This document shows positions 8,248 through 17,826 of a stretch of DNA of 64,000 nucleotides, one piece after another. A program made the position numbers and the translations under genes. The stretch is from an uncultured cyanobacterium. Its GTDB lineage: Bacteria > Cyanobacteriota > Cyanobacteriia > Cyanobacteriales > Cyanobacteriaceae. Every line of letters begins with the position of its first letter. The stretch's first letter is position 1. The notes beneath the pieces are model-generated. The model was not told where the DNA came from, did not search any database, and saw only the letters and a list, made by a program, of their open reading frames with translations. The stretch is from the NCBI GenBank assembly GCA_963710605.1, contig CAVQBA010000007.1, positions 96,001 to 160,000 of the forward strand, written 5' to 3'.

Positions 8248-9642
8248 ATGTCTGAACAACCTCGTACTCGTCAGGAACTTTACAATCTAGTTCGTCAAAG
8301 AGGAAAAGATGTATTTATCTTAGAAGAAATGGTTCGCTTGGGTTTTTGGCCAGCCGAAGGAGAGCTTCCGAACGATCCTGCTGACGATATTCGACGTATG
8401 GGGGAGATTAGGCAAGAATTAAACCAGTTAAGACAAGAAAGTAGAAATCTTCAGGATGAAAAACTTCTCCGCAAAAGATTATTAAAAGAAAGATTAGCTG
8501 AATCTCGTCGCAAACAAGCGGAAAACAAGGAAAAAAGAGAACGAGAAAGAATTGCTAGGGCTGAGACTTGGCAAAAGAAGAAACAAACAGAGATTACTTA
8601 CTTAGGAGAAGATGTTTCTGGCGGTTTAAACTATACTGAGTGTAATCGAGAAAAATTAGAAGCACGATCGTTACCCATTTTAGGTAATGCCCTCGAAATA
8701 GCTACAGCTATGGGTATTACCGTTCCTCAGTTAAGATTTTTAGCTTTCAATCGTAAAACTTCGACTGTGTCTCATTATGTTCGTTTTAAAATTCCTAAAA
8801 AGACTGGTGGTGAAAGATTAATTTCTGCACCTATGCCCAGATTAAAAGAAGCTCAGTATTGGATATTAGAACATATTTTAAATAAAATACCCGTTCACGA
8901 TGCCGTTCATGGTTTCAGAAACGATCGTTCTATTGTCACTAATGCTCAACCTCATGTGGGTGCAAATATTGTGATTAATTTTGATTTAGAAAATTTTTTT
9001 CCTTCTGTTTCTTACAAACGAGTTAAAGGCTTATTTCGCTCTTTTGGTTATAGTGAGGCGGCGGCGACTATTTTTGGCTTAATTTGTACTGAAGCCGAAT
9101 TAGAAGAAGTGGAATTAGATGGAATGACTTACTATGTCGCTTTAGACGATCGACATTTACCACAAGGCTCACCTGCTTCACCCGCAATTACTAATATAAT
9201 GTGTCATCGTTTAGATGAATCTTTGACTAAGATGGCACAAAGAAAAGAATTTGTTTATACTCGTTATGCAGACGATCTCACTTTTTCTACTACTGCGGTT
9301 AATCCTCGTATCGGTCATATTCTCAAAGATACTGATTCGATAGTAAGATATGAAGGTTTTAAAATTAATCAGAAAAAAACTAGAGTATTACGCAAAAGTC
9401 GGCAACAAGAAGTTACAGGTATCGTGGTTAATGAAAAACTAAACATCGATCGTCAAACACTCAAAAAATTTCGGGCGACTCTTCATCAAATAGAAATGAA
9501 TGGTTTTGATAATGCCTCTTGGGGAAACAGCAAAGATATTATGGATTCAATTAAAGGTTTTGCTAATTTTGTAGCGATGGTTAACCCTGAAAAAGGAGCA
9601 AAATTTCTGACTCAAATTCAACGTATTGAGCAACAGTTATAG
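8248..9642 (+). CDS. Retron reverse transcriptase (Mx162-like, long charged N-terminal extension)
   Basis: Region X NAQPH, LPQGSPASP, YTRYADD, region Y VTG; N-terminal LGFWP and coiled coil; no maturase/HNH or Cas1 domain. Confidence 0.93.
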   Translation: MSEQPRTRQELYNLVRQRGKDVFILEEMVRLGFWPAEGELPNDPADDIRRMGEIRQELNQLRQESRNLQDEKLLRKRLLKERLAESRRKQAENKEKRERERIARAETWQKKKQTEITYLGEDVSGGLNYTECNREKLEARSLPILGNALEIATAMGITVPQLRFLAFNRKTSTVSHYVRFKIPKKTGGERLISAPMPRLKEAQYWILEHILNKIPVHDAVHGFRNDRSIVTNAQPHVGANIVINFDLENFFPSVSYKRVKGLFRSFGYSEAAATIFGLICTEAELEEVELDGMTYYVALDDRHLPQGSPASPAITNIMCHRLDESLTKMAQRKEFVYTRYADDLTFSTTAVNPRIGHILKDTDSIVRYEGFKINQKKTRVLRKSRQQEVTGIVVNEKLNIDRQTLKKFRATLHQIEMNGFDNASWGNSKDIMDSIKGFANFVAMVNPEKGAKFLTQIQRIEQQL

Positions 9643-9761
9643 TTTAGTTATGTCAATTTATACCTAAAGCGAGACCAAGGTAACGGATTTTGACAACATT
9701 TTGGTGAGATAAAAATTTATATTTACCATAATTAATAATTGAATTTGTAGCTAATCTTTAA

Positions 9762-9868
9762 TATAGCAAGTAACAAGTAGGGAGCGGACATATCAACCAC
9801 CCCTAACCCCTCCTTCAAAGGAGGGGGAACTTCATTCAACTATTCAAAACAACTTGTTTACTGCTATA
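9762..9868. mobile_element. 107-bp MITE-like element with TATAGCAAGTAACAAGT/ACTTGTTTACTGCTATA ends, containing a REP-like unit (9791-9827)
   Basis: Imperfect 17-bp terminal inverted repeat; the internal unit matches the repeats flanking the DUF559 gene. Confidence 0.7.
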
Positions 9869-10040
9869 GCTAATAACTTAAGATATCGGTGTAAAAACAA
9901 TTTTTTTCAAAGAAAATATTTTCTTTTTGTACCCTTGTAGTAACAGTGTTTATAGCTTATTTGATAATAAAGTCACATTAAAGTCACAGAATTGAGAAAT
10001 AAATTCATTAAAATCTAAAGCAACCAACTTTCGAGCTTTT

Positions 10041-10940
10041 GTGAAAATGAAACCTAATTCCTCTAAAGAAAAATTCTCTCCAGAAAATACACCCAATTAT
10101 CATCACGAGGAAAACCAACCCGAACCATACAACTATATACCAGAAGAATATATACCAGAAGAAAAGATACACACAAAGGCAGAAAAAGATCTACTCAACT
10201 ATTCTCCACAAGAGTTTGATGCACTACGTAAAATAATTAAAGAAAGTAACTTACTACACTTATCTTTTCACTTTCTTGATTATATTTTACGATTGCAAAA
10301 ATCAGTTTTTGAACAGATTTATACTCAACAGAAATTACCTAAAATCATTATTTCAATGTCAATATTGTGTGTGTTTTTATCAGGTATTTACGGTTTAACA
10401 ATGGGAATGAATCATAGTTTTTTATTAGCTATCTCTTCAGCCATAAAATTACCAATGTTGTTTTTACTAACTGCGGTTATTTGTATTCCATCGCTTTATA
10501 CTTTTAACGTCATGTTGGGGCAAAAATTTAAGTTTTTACAAACCGTAGCTTTAATGATTATGACATTAGGCACAACTACAATTTTATTAGCTAGTTTAGC
10601 CCCACTCTCTTTTTTCTTTGTGCTAACTACCAGAAACTATTTCTTTTTACAATTAATGCACGTATCGATATTAGGTTTATGTGGAATTTATGGTGTATAT
10701 TATCTTTATCGTGGATGCTCTTATGTTGCTTTTAGAATGGAGCAACCTTTAAATAAATTACTGTTGAAAATTTGGATTGTTATTTATGCAGTAGTGGGCA
10801 TGCAATTAGGTTGGAGATTAAGACCATTTATTGGTACTCCAGGTAGCCCGTTTGAAATTTTTAGAGTCCAAGAAGATGGTAATTTTTACCTTGCTGTTTG
10901 GGAATCTATAATGAGACTTTTAGAGGGAAATGCAGGATAA
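10041..10940 (+). CDS. Conserved hypothetical multi-pass membrane protein
   Basis: About 5 hydrophobic segments; QLGWRLRPFIG motif. Confidence 0.75.
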   Translation: MKMKPNSSKEKFSPENTPNYHHEENQPEPYNYIPEEYIPEEKIHTKAEKDLLNYSPQEFDALRKIIKESNLLHLSFHFLDYILRLQKSVFEQIYTQQKLPKIIISMSILCVFLSGIYGLTMGMNHSFLLAISSAIKLPMLFLLTAVICIPSLYTFNVMLGQKFKFLQTVALMIMTLGTTTILLASLAPLSFFFVLTTRNYFFLQLMHVSILGLCGIYGVYYLYRGCSYVAFRMEQPLNKLLLKIWIVIYAVVGMQLGWRLRPFIGTPGSPFEIFRVQEDGNFYLAVWESIMRLLEGNAG

Positions 10941-10950
10941 TTTGTATTTA

Positions 10951-10991
10951 ATAATTTATAATTTATAATTTATAATTTATAATTTATAATT
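10951..10991. repeat. Heptamer tandem repeat (ATAATTT)x~6
   Basis: Directly visible. Confidence 0.85.
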
Positions 10992-11109
10992 ATGTCCTTT
11001 TAATACTATTTATTAAGGTTAAAAGTAAAATTTCGAGTACTAATGTTAAACCAGATTTTTTGATAATTAATAATGGTAATATTTAAGCAATATAGATTTG
11101 TTATTTGTC

Positions 11110-11610
11110 ATGAAAATAATTATTTTAGGTAACGCTGGTGCGGGAAAAACTACATTAGCTAAATCTTTAATCGGTAATCAAAATATTCCGCTCTTGTGTT
11201 TAGATGATATTGCTTGGGGCGAATTCGCAATTCGTAAACCATTAGATGAAACTATAAAAGAGCTAAAAAACTTTATTTTTACTCACCAATCTTGGGTTAT
11301 TGAAGGTTGTTATAGTTATATTATCGAAGCGGTTTTAGATGAGTGTACCCAATTTATATTTCTTAATCCCGGTATTGAGGCTTGTATTGCTCATTGTCAC
11401 TCAAGGGGATGGGAATCGGAAAAATTTGAATCTCAACAAGCCCAAGATGATAATTTAGCTAATCTAATTAAATGGATTGAAGAATATAATACTAGAACAG
11501 ACGAATATGGTTTAATTAAGCATCAACAATTATTTAACTCATTTGGTGGCACAAAAATAGAGTATCGTAATTCAACTTGTTATAACAAGCTAAATGAGAA
11601 TTTGGATTAA
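11110..11610 (+). CDS. P-loop kinase (adenylate kinase-like / topology modulation family)
   Basis: MKIIILGNAGAGKTT Walker A, WVIEG; ATG at 11110 preferred over upstream TTG. Confidence 0.8.
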   Translation: MKIIILGNAGAGKTTLAKSLIGNQNIPLLCLDDIAWGEFAIRKPLDETIKELKNFIFTHQSWVIEGCYSYIIEAVLDECTQFIFLNPGIEACIAHCHSRGWESEKFESQQAQDDNLANLIKWIEEYNTRTDEYGLIKHQQLFNSFGGTKIEYRNSTCYNKLNENLD

Positions 11611-11681
11611 GTTAATCTAGAATTAATTATTCGATTGTTATTAATTGACTATCTTTTTCTTTTTATTATAATTGACAAATT

Positions 11682-12155
11682 ATGACTCAAGATATTTTAC
11701 AAATTGGTAATCCTCTTCTTCGGGAGATAGCAACAGAAGTTACAGATGTAAATAATGCTCAAGTCCAAAACCTAATTGATAATTTAATTGAGATTACTTT
11801 AGAAGCTAATGGAGTCGGTATTGCCGCCCCACAAATTGGACATTCTGTCAGGGTTGTGATTATTGCCTCTCATCCCAATATTCGTTATCCTGATGCACCG
11901 ACAATGTCACCAATGGCGATGATTAATCCTCGTATTATAAGTCATTCATCGATGATCGAAATAGGCGAGGAAGGTTGTTTGAGTGTGCAAGATGAAAGAG
12001 GTAAAGTCGATCGTTATCAACAAATAGAAGTTGAATACTTTACACGTGAGGGTAAACTTGTCACTGAAGAATATACAGGTTTTGTGGCTCGTATTATTCA
12101 ACATGAGTTAGATCATCTTAATGGTATTTTATTTGTTGACCGTATTGTCGATTAG
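11682..12155 (+). CDS. def: Peptide deformylase
   Basis: GVGIAAPQ, EGCLS, QHELDHLNG motifs. Confidence 0.95.
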   Translation: MTQDILQIGNPLLREIATEVTDVNNAQVQNLIDNLIEITLEANGVGIAAPQIGHSVRVVIIASHPNIRYPDAPTMSPMAMINPRIISHSSMIEIGEEGCLSVQDERGKVDRYQQIEVEYFTREGKLVTEEYTGFVARIIQHELDHLNGILFVDRIVD

Positions 12156-12202
12156 GTTAAAGAATGAAACCGAACTTTATCATTGATTTAATTCTCAATT
12201 GA

Positions 12203-13033
12203 TCATGATTTTTCATTTTCACTATTATTAGCGATCGCTTTCACTTTTTCAGGTACAGTCTGATAAACTTGAGTAAGATATTGCATCACTGCTTGAGAAT
12301 CATTGTAAGCTAAAGGTATATCACCTAACAAATCAAGAACTGTTTTACGATCGTTACTGATATTAATCTCGACTAAAGAAGAATCAAGTGCGTCAGGGTA
12401 TTCCCAAAAATTATCGATCGATAAAGGGGCAGTAGTTTTATGATGATTATGTTTACGACGAGGAGTAGGTTTTATTTTACCTAACATTTCAGGTGTCCAT
12501 TCTTGTCCTGAAAGTTGTAAACTACGAGATACCCTTAATGCTTCTAAAATTTGGGCTTTATCTTTACCCCTTAATTGGAATATAATAAAAGGATCTTCAC
12601 TGAAACGATCGGCTAATTGATAATACACTGCCGCAATATGTTTACAAGGATTTGCTTTATCAGGGCAACTACAACGAGAACGAACTTCTGTAAGATTATA
12701 AGGGAAAAGACTCAAACCATTTTTAATAAAAACTTGTTCTATCTCTAAAGGCATTTCACCGACTAGTAATTTTGCTGATAACAAAGCTTTTTCTGACATT
12801 GTCGCCACTACATAACCCCAATCTTCATCAGAAAAAATATCTAATGCTAAAGTAACTCGATAAGGTTTGTCATCAGTGCCTTGTATTTCAGCTACTAATT
12901 GAGACTGTTTAAATTCTATTTTAAGGACATTTCCTTCTTTAGAATAACTACGCCCTCTTTCTAATCTTTTTTTAAAACGATAAGAATCTAATAATTCTAA
13001 CCACTTTTCTACCCACCACTGTCTTTCTATCAT
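12203..13033 (-). CDS. SWIM zinc-finger family protein (common cyanobacterial type)
   Basis: RLERGRSY and CSCPDKANPCKH motifs. Confidence 0.88.
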   Translation of the reverse strand: MIERQWWVEKWLELLDSYRFKKRLERGRSYSKEGNVLKIEFKQSQLVAEIQGTDDKPYRVTLALDIFSDEDWGYVVATMSEKALLSAKLLVGEMPLEIEQVFIKNGLSLFPYNLTEVRSRCSCPDKANPCKHIAAVYYQLADRFSEDPFIIFQLRGKDKAQILEALRVSRSLQLSGQEWTPEMLGKIKPTPRRKHNHHKTTAPLSIDNFWEYPDALDSSLVEINISNDRKTVLDLLGDIPLAYNDSQAVMQYLTQVYQTVPEKVKAIANNSENEKS

Positions 13034-13173
13034 TATATGTATATGTTTAAATTATAAATTTGTTATTTTTAGCAAGTTTTAAAAAATTGACAATTGACAA
13101 TAAATTCGGAAGTCAGAATTAAGAATTAGAAAGGCAAGAGTGAATCATTAATATTTCTTACTCCTTACTCCTT

Positions 13174-13222
13174 GCGGTGGAAGCCCGCGTCGGCGTAAGA
13201 CGCAAGGGAATGTCCACCAAGA
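13174..13222. repeat. GC-rich hairpin (GGTGGA...GCGTC-GGCGTAA-GACGC...TCCACC) inserted in a TTACTCC heptamer run
   Basis: Nested inverted repeats; CTCCTT heptamers on both sides. Confidence 0.55.
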
Positions 13223-13242
13223 CACTCCTTACTTATTATTCA

Positions 13243-14049
13243 TTATCGTTTGGGTTTTAAATTAGTTTTCAAATTCTGCACTTTATAAAAAGTCTCTAAA
13301 CTATCAGTATCACCGACAAAACGCCAATGCCAAGGCTCATAACTGATACCCTGTAAGTTATCAGGAGGAAAAGATAATTCAAAGCTATATTTAGGAGCAT
13401 TTTTAATTAACCAACGATACGCTTCAGTTTTCTCAAAACTAGTTTCTAAATGAGTATCAGGAAAATTAACATCACCAATATCGATCGCATAACCTGTATG
13501 ATGTTCACTATAACCCGGAGGTGCGCTCACTTCTGCCCTTTGCGACGCATCCTGTTGACGTTGCTCTTTTATTTCAAAAAATAAAACTTCTTGTTCTGAA
13601 ATTGTCCGAAAACCCGATAATGGTACTAAAGTAATCCCTTGTCTTTTGGCATCTCGTTGCATTTGCAAAAACTTAGTCGCCGCTTCACTTCTTAAACGAA
13701 TACTACCATCATTAGTAATTGCTTTTAAATCATTTTCTGGTGCTTGAATGTAAGGTAGATGCCCTAAAATATTTTCAGGAATTTCTTTTTCTGACTCGAT
13801 TGTTGATTCATTATTTGTGGATTCAAAGACAGATTGTTGACTATTCTCATTATCAGTAGAATTTTCAGTGATAGTTGAGTTTGAGTCTGATTGATTCAAG
13901 GATTGAGTTTGATAATTTTGCGATAAAAACCAACTAGTCAAAACTACTACTAAGCTAGCAACAAAGATAAGAATTATGTTGTTAGAGATACGTGCTTTTT
14001 TTTTCTTTTGCGGCTTTTTCTCTCTTTTAGCAACAGGAATTTCATCCAT
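13243..14049 (-). CDS. D-alanyl-D-alanine carboxypeptidase (M15B/VanY family)
   Basis: SGFR, SEHHTGYAID, EPWHWRF motifs; N-terminal TM anchor. Confidence 0.92.
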   Translation of the reverse strand: MDEIPVAKREKKPQKKKKARISNNIILIFVASLVVVLTSWFLSQNYQTQSLNQSDSNSTITENSTDNENSQQSVFESTNNESTIESEKEIPENILGHLPYIQAPENDLKAITNDGSIRLRSEAATKFLQMQRDAKRQGITLVPLSGFRTISEQEVLFFEIKEQRQQDASQRAEVSAPPGYSEHHTGYAIDIGDVNFPDTHLETSFEKTEAYRWLIKNAPKYSFELSFPPDNLQGISYEPWHWRFVGDTDSLETFYKVQNLKTNLKPKR

Positions 14050-14215
14050 ATATATAATAAAAATTATCTTTTAACACTTATGAAACTATATTTTAGCTTT
14101 TTTTAGTCCAAATTACGATCATCAATTCTCAGACAATTTTCACCAAAAATTAAGCTAGACTAGCTTTAATAAAACAAATAGATAATTTTACATAAGTCAA
14201 AATTTAGGAGACAAA

Positions 14216-15364
14216 ATGGGATACGATATTGAAACTTCTGTATTGCAAAGATACGAAGCTGGAGCAAAAGAACATCAACCTAGTTTATGTTGCCCTACCG
14301 AATATGATGGTCGTTATTTAACTATTATCCCCGAAGAAATTATTGCTAAAGATTACGGTTGTGGTGATCCAACACGTTATATTAATGAAGGTGAAACCGT
14401 TTTAGATTTAGGCTCTGGTGCGGGTAAAAATTGTTATATTATTGCCCAGAAAGTTGGTAAAAATGGTCAGGTAATCGGGGTTGATTTTAATGATGAAATG
14501 TTAAATTTGGCTCGTAAATATCAATCAGAAATAGGTGATAAAATAGGTTGTGTTAATACTAAGTTTATTAAAGGTAAAATACAAGATCTTAAGTTACCTT
14601 TATTAACGATGGAATCTTGGTTAAAAGATCATCCTATTCATAATTTAGACGATGTCAGAGCATGGGAAATTGAATGCGATCGTCTCAAGAAAGATGAAAC
14701 TTTAGTACCTGATAATACGATCGATGTTGTAGTTTCTAATTGTGTTTTAAACTTAGTTAAATCAGAAGATAAAAAGCAACTTTTCGCAGAAATATTTCGA
14801 GTTTTAAAAAAAGGTGGTAGAGCTGTTATTTCTGACATTGTTTGTGATCAAGATTTACCTCAAGAAATAATTGATGATCCCGATTTATGGAGCGGTTGTT
14901 TAGCAGGTGCATTTAGAGAAGATTTATTTTTAGAAATGTTTGCTGATGCCGGTTTTTATGGTATCGAAATTTTAGTTAGAGAAGTCGAACCTTGGCAAGT
15001 TATCAAAGGAATTGAGTTTCGCTCTTTGACTGTTCGTGCATACAAAGGTAAGGAAGGAGAATGCAAAGAAACTAATCAAGCAGTAGTTTATAAAGGACCA
15101 TGGAAACAAGTACAAGATGATGATGGTCATACTTATTTTCGTGGTGAAAGAATGGCTGTTTGCGAAAAAACATTTCAGATTTTAACTAATAATAATAGCC
15201 CTTATTCTGATTCAATTATTCCTATCTCACCTTTACAAGAGATTTCTTTAGAAGACGCATCCGATTTTACTTATGATTCTTCAGTAATTCGTACTGCTCA
15301 AGAAACTAAAGGTGATTTTTACAGCGAAACAACAGTTATTAAAAATGAAAGTAGCTGTTGTTAG
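14216..15364 (+). CDS. arsM: ArsM-like SAM methyltransferase
   Basis: LCCP, YGCGDP, LDLGSGAG, SNCVLNL; adjacent to arsS. Confidence 0.7.
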   Translation: MGYDIETSVLQRYEAGAKEHQPSLCCPTEYDGRYLTIIPEEIIAKDYGCGDPTRYINEGETVLDLGSGAGKNCYIIAQKVGKNGQVIGVDFNDEMLNLARKYQSEIGDKIGCVNTKFIKGKIQDLKLPLLTMESWLKDHPIHNLDDVRAWEIECDRLKKDETLVPDNTIDVVVSNCVLNLVKSEDKKQLFAEIFRVLKKGGRAVISDIVCDQDLPQEIIDDPDLWSGCLAGAFREDLFLEMFADAGFYGIEILVREVEPWQVIKGIEFRSLTVRAYKGKEGECKETNQAVVYKGPWKQVQDDDGHTYFRGERMAVCEKTFQILTNNNSPYSDSIIPISPLQEISLEDASDFTYDSSVIRTAQETKGDFYSETTVIKNESSCC

Positions 15365-15419
15365 TTAATTAATAGTAGAGACGTTTTACCGTAAACAACA
15401 TATCTATCCTGTGCGTATT

Positions 15420-15518
15420 GCCCCGACCCCTCTGCCTATCGGCATCTCACGGGGCTTACAAGCACCTGAAATGAATTCAGGTGACAGCCCCTCCCCTTTC
15501 AAGGGGAGAGTGGGAGAC
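15420..15518. repeat. Nested REP-like palindromes (GGGGCT...CACCTGAA-TTCAGGTG...AGCCCC inside a CCCCTCTGCCTATCGGCATCTC...CCCCTTTCAAGGGGAG unit)
   Basis: GC-rich hairpins in an AT-rich spacer. Confidence 0.55.
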
Positions 15519-15655
15519 TTGAAGATAATAAATGTAGCTCATAGTAATGGGAAATGTTATATCTTTATGAAGTAAAATATATCATTAAAAAAGATTGGTA
15601 ATTGTTAATTATTTAAATAACATTTTAAACTAAAAAAGTATAATAAAAAAATCAT

Positions 15656-16639
15656 ATGATTCAAACAACAACTAGTTTTAAAGATAAAATTAACCAGACT
15701 TTAAGTAAAGATAAAATTACTGTTTTACAAATTAATTTAGGTAAAAAATGTAATCTTGCTTGTACTCATTGTCATGTTGAAGCGTCTCCGATTAGAACAG
15801 AAGAATTAACAGCTGATGTTTGTGAGCAACTAATAACTATCATCAAACAATTTCCTCAAATAGAATCGATTGATTTAACAGGTGGTGCGCCCGAAATGAA
15901 CTATGGTTTCAAAAGATTAGTCGATACTGCTAAAGAGTATAATAAAGAAGTGATAGTACGATCGAATTTAACTATCTTTTTTGAATCAGGTTATCAAGAT
16001 TTACCTGAATATTTTGCTCAAAACCAAATTAGAGTAGTTGCTTCTTTACCTTGTTATTTAGAAGATAATGTTGATAAGCAAAGAGGAAAAGGTGTTTATA
16101 ATAAGTCTATTTTAGCTTTACAAAAACTAAATGAATTGGGTTATGGTACTGATGAAAACTTAATTATCGATCTAGTTTATAATCCGCCTTTACCAACTAA
16201 TAATGATTTTAGTTTAACTCCTAATCAAGTAAGTTTACAAACTGATTATAAAAAATATTTAGCAGATAATTTCAACATTCAGTTTAATAACCTTTTCACC
16301 ATAACTAATATTCCTGTAGGTAGAACTAATTTATATCTGGAAAAAAATAATTTAGCTCAAGACTATTTAGCTTTTTTAGAAACTAATTTTAACTCAACAA
16401 CACTACCTCATCTGATGTGTAAAAATCAGTTATCTGTCGATTATTTAGGCAATATCTATGATTGTGATTTTAATCAAATGACAGATGTTTCAGCTAGAGA
16501 TAATCAAGGAAAAAAAATTAGATTAGATGATATTATTAGTCAGAACAATCTTGATTTGATTAAAGAAATAAAAACAGCCAATTATTGCTATGGTTGTACC
16601 GCAGGTAGTGGCTCAAGTTGCACAGGTGCATTAATTTAG
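15656..16639 (+). CDS. arsS: Arsenosugar biosynthesis radical SAM protein
   Basis: CNLACTHC cluster motif, LTGGAPE, YDCDFNQ, C-terminal CYGCTAGSGSSC. Confidence 0.85.
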   Translation: MIQTTTSFKDKINQTLSKDKITVLQINLGKKCNLACTHCHVEASPIRTEELTADVCEQLITIIKQFPQIESIDLTGGAPEMNYGFKRLVDTAKEYNKEVIVRSNLTIFFESGYQDLPEYFAQNQIRVVASLPCYLEDNVDKQRGKGVYNKSILALQKLNELGYGTDENLIIDLVYNPPLPTNNDFSLTPNQVSLQTDYKKYLADNFNIQFNNLFTITNIPVGRTNLYLEKNNLAQDYLAFLETNFNSTTLPHLMCKNQLSVDYLGNIYDCDFNQMTDVSARDNQGKKIRLDDIISQNNLDLIKEIKTANYCYGCTAGSGSSCTGALI

Positions 16640-16917
16640 GATAGTATAAAAATTAACAATAGTTCTTCAACTACTATGATAGGTATCGATCGTCTAAGAT
16701 AAATAATTTAGATAGTTTTACTATGCTCATTTAGAACTGATAAATTGTTTTTGAGCGATTACGAGCAAAATACTAAGGCTTGAATCCTTATTCGTGAGAC
16801 GATTGAAAAGTATAAATAACGATCGATTAAATCCAGATAGTGAAGGCTATTGTTATTGTCGGTAATTTTATCGGCAATTGCTATCTTTGAGAAGATTCAG
16901 TTTGTGAATCACACTGT

Positions 16918-17619
16918 ATGACTTTAAAAGCAATTTTATTTAATTTTAATGGAGTAATTATTAATGATGATTTTGTTCATCAACAATTAATCGATGATAT
17001 TCTTCTAGGGGAAAACTTGTCTGCCTCTGGTAATCAGTATCAACAATTTTGTCTGGGAAAAAACGATCGAGTTGGCTTAAAAAATTTATTCGCCGCTAGA
17101 GGAAGAATTTTAACCGATAAATATCTCGATAAATTACTCTTAGAAAAAGCAACAGCTTATCAAAATGTAATGTCTGGGCTACAAAGATTACCAATTATTA
17201 ATCAAGTAGTCGAATTTATCTTACAGACTCAAACCCTTCATTTACCTTTAGCATTAGTAACAGGCACATCAACCCCAGAAGTTGAATATGTCTTACAAAG
17301 GGCAAACTTACGGCAATATTTTACGGTTATTATCAGCGGTGATGAGATTGCCACATTTAAACCCGCTGTTGATGGCTATTTGTTAGCTGTGGAAAAACTT
17401 AATCAACTTAATTCGACTTTGAATTTAAAACCATCTGAATGCTTGGCAATAGAGGATACACCTTTAGGCATCTCAGCGGCAAAAAATGCGGGAATACAAG
17501 TAGTTGGTGTGGCTAATACTTATCCTTTTCATATGTTGCAAAGACAATGTAACTGGTGCGTTGATAATTTGATGGAATTAGATTTAGAATGGGTACAAAA
17601 AACACTCACTACTGTCTAA
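16918..17619 (+). CDS. HAD-family phosphatase-like protein (motif I reads FNFNG)
   Basis: KP and IEDTPLGI motifs; motif I Asp absent. Confidence 0.8.
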   Translation: MTLKAILFNFNGVIINDDFVHQQLIDDILLGENLSASGNQYQQFCLGKNDRVGLKNLFAARGRILTDKYLDKLLLEKATAYQNVMSGLQRLPIINQVVEFILQTQTLHLPLALVTGTSTPEVEYVLQRANLRQYFTVIISGDEIATFKPAVDGYLLAVEKLNQLNSTLNLKPSECLAIEDTPLGISAAKNAGIQVVGVANTYPFHMLQRQCNWCVDNLMELDLEWVQKTLTTV

Positions 17620-17645
17620 TTTTTGTTACAATGTTAGATCGTATT

Positions 17646-17718
17646 GGGGAATTAGCTCAGTTGGTAGAGTGCTGCGATCGCACCGCAGAGGCGAGGGGTT
17701 CGACTCCCCTATTCTCCA
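17646..17718 (+). tRNA. tRNA-Ala (CGC)
   Basis: GGGGAAT/ATTCTCC acceptor stem with G3-U70; anticodon arm CTGCG-ATCGCAC-CGCAG; GTTCGAC T-loop; 73 nt. Confidence 0.95.
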
Positions 17719-17826
17719 TTGTCTATACTCTTTACGTCGTATAGCTTTAGGGTTTCAAGTAAATTTATAATGGCTCGTTTGATACAATTTTGATCCATTT
17801 CTCGTATATTTCTTGAAGAAACCATT

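Noticed and set aside
8248-9642. RT as group II intron, DGR or CRISPR-associated RT
   Set aside because: Has retron NAxxH and VTG motifs; no maturase/HNH, no domain V downstream, no TR/VR pair seen, no Cas1
12203-13033. Second SWIM gene as part of the retron system
   Set aside because: Different, widespread family; opposite strand; separated by unrelated genes
16918-17619. HAD pseudo-enzyme as a novelty
   Set aside because: Single motif substitution; cannot be judged without an alignment
17719-17826. Integrative island at tRNA-Ala (TTGATACAA/TTGATCCA arm-like repeats)
   Set aside because: No integrase and no duplicated tRNA 3' end seen in the window
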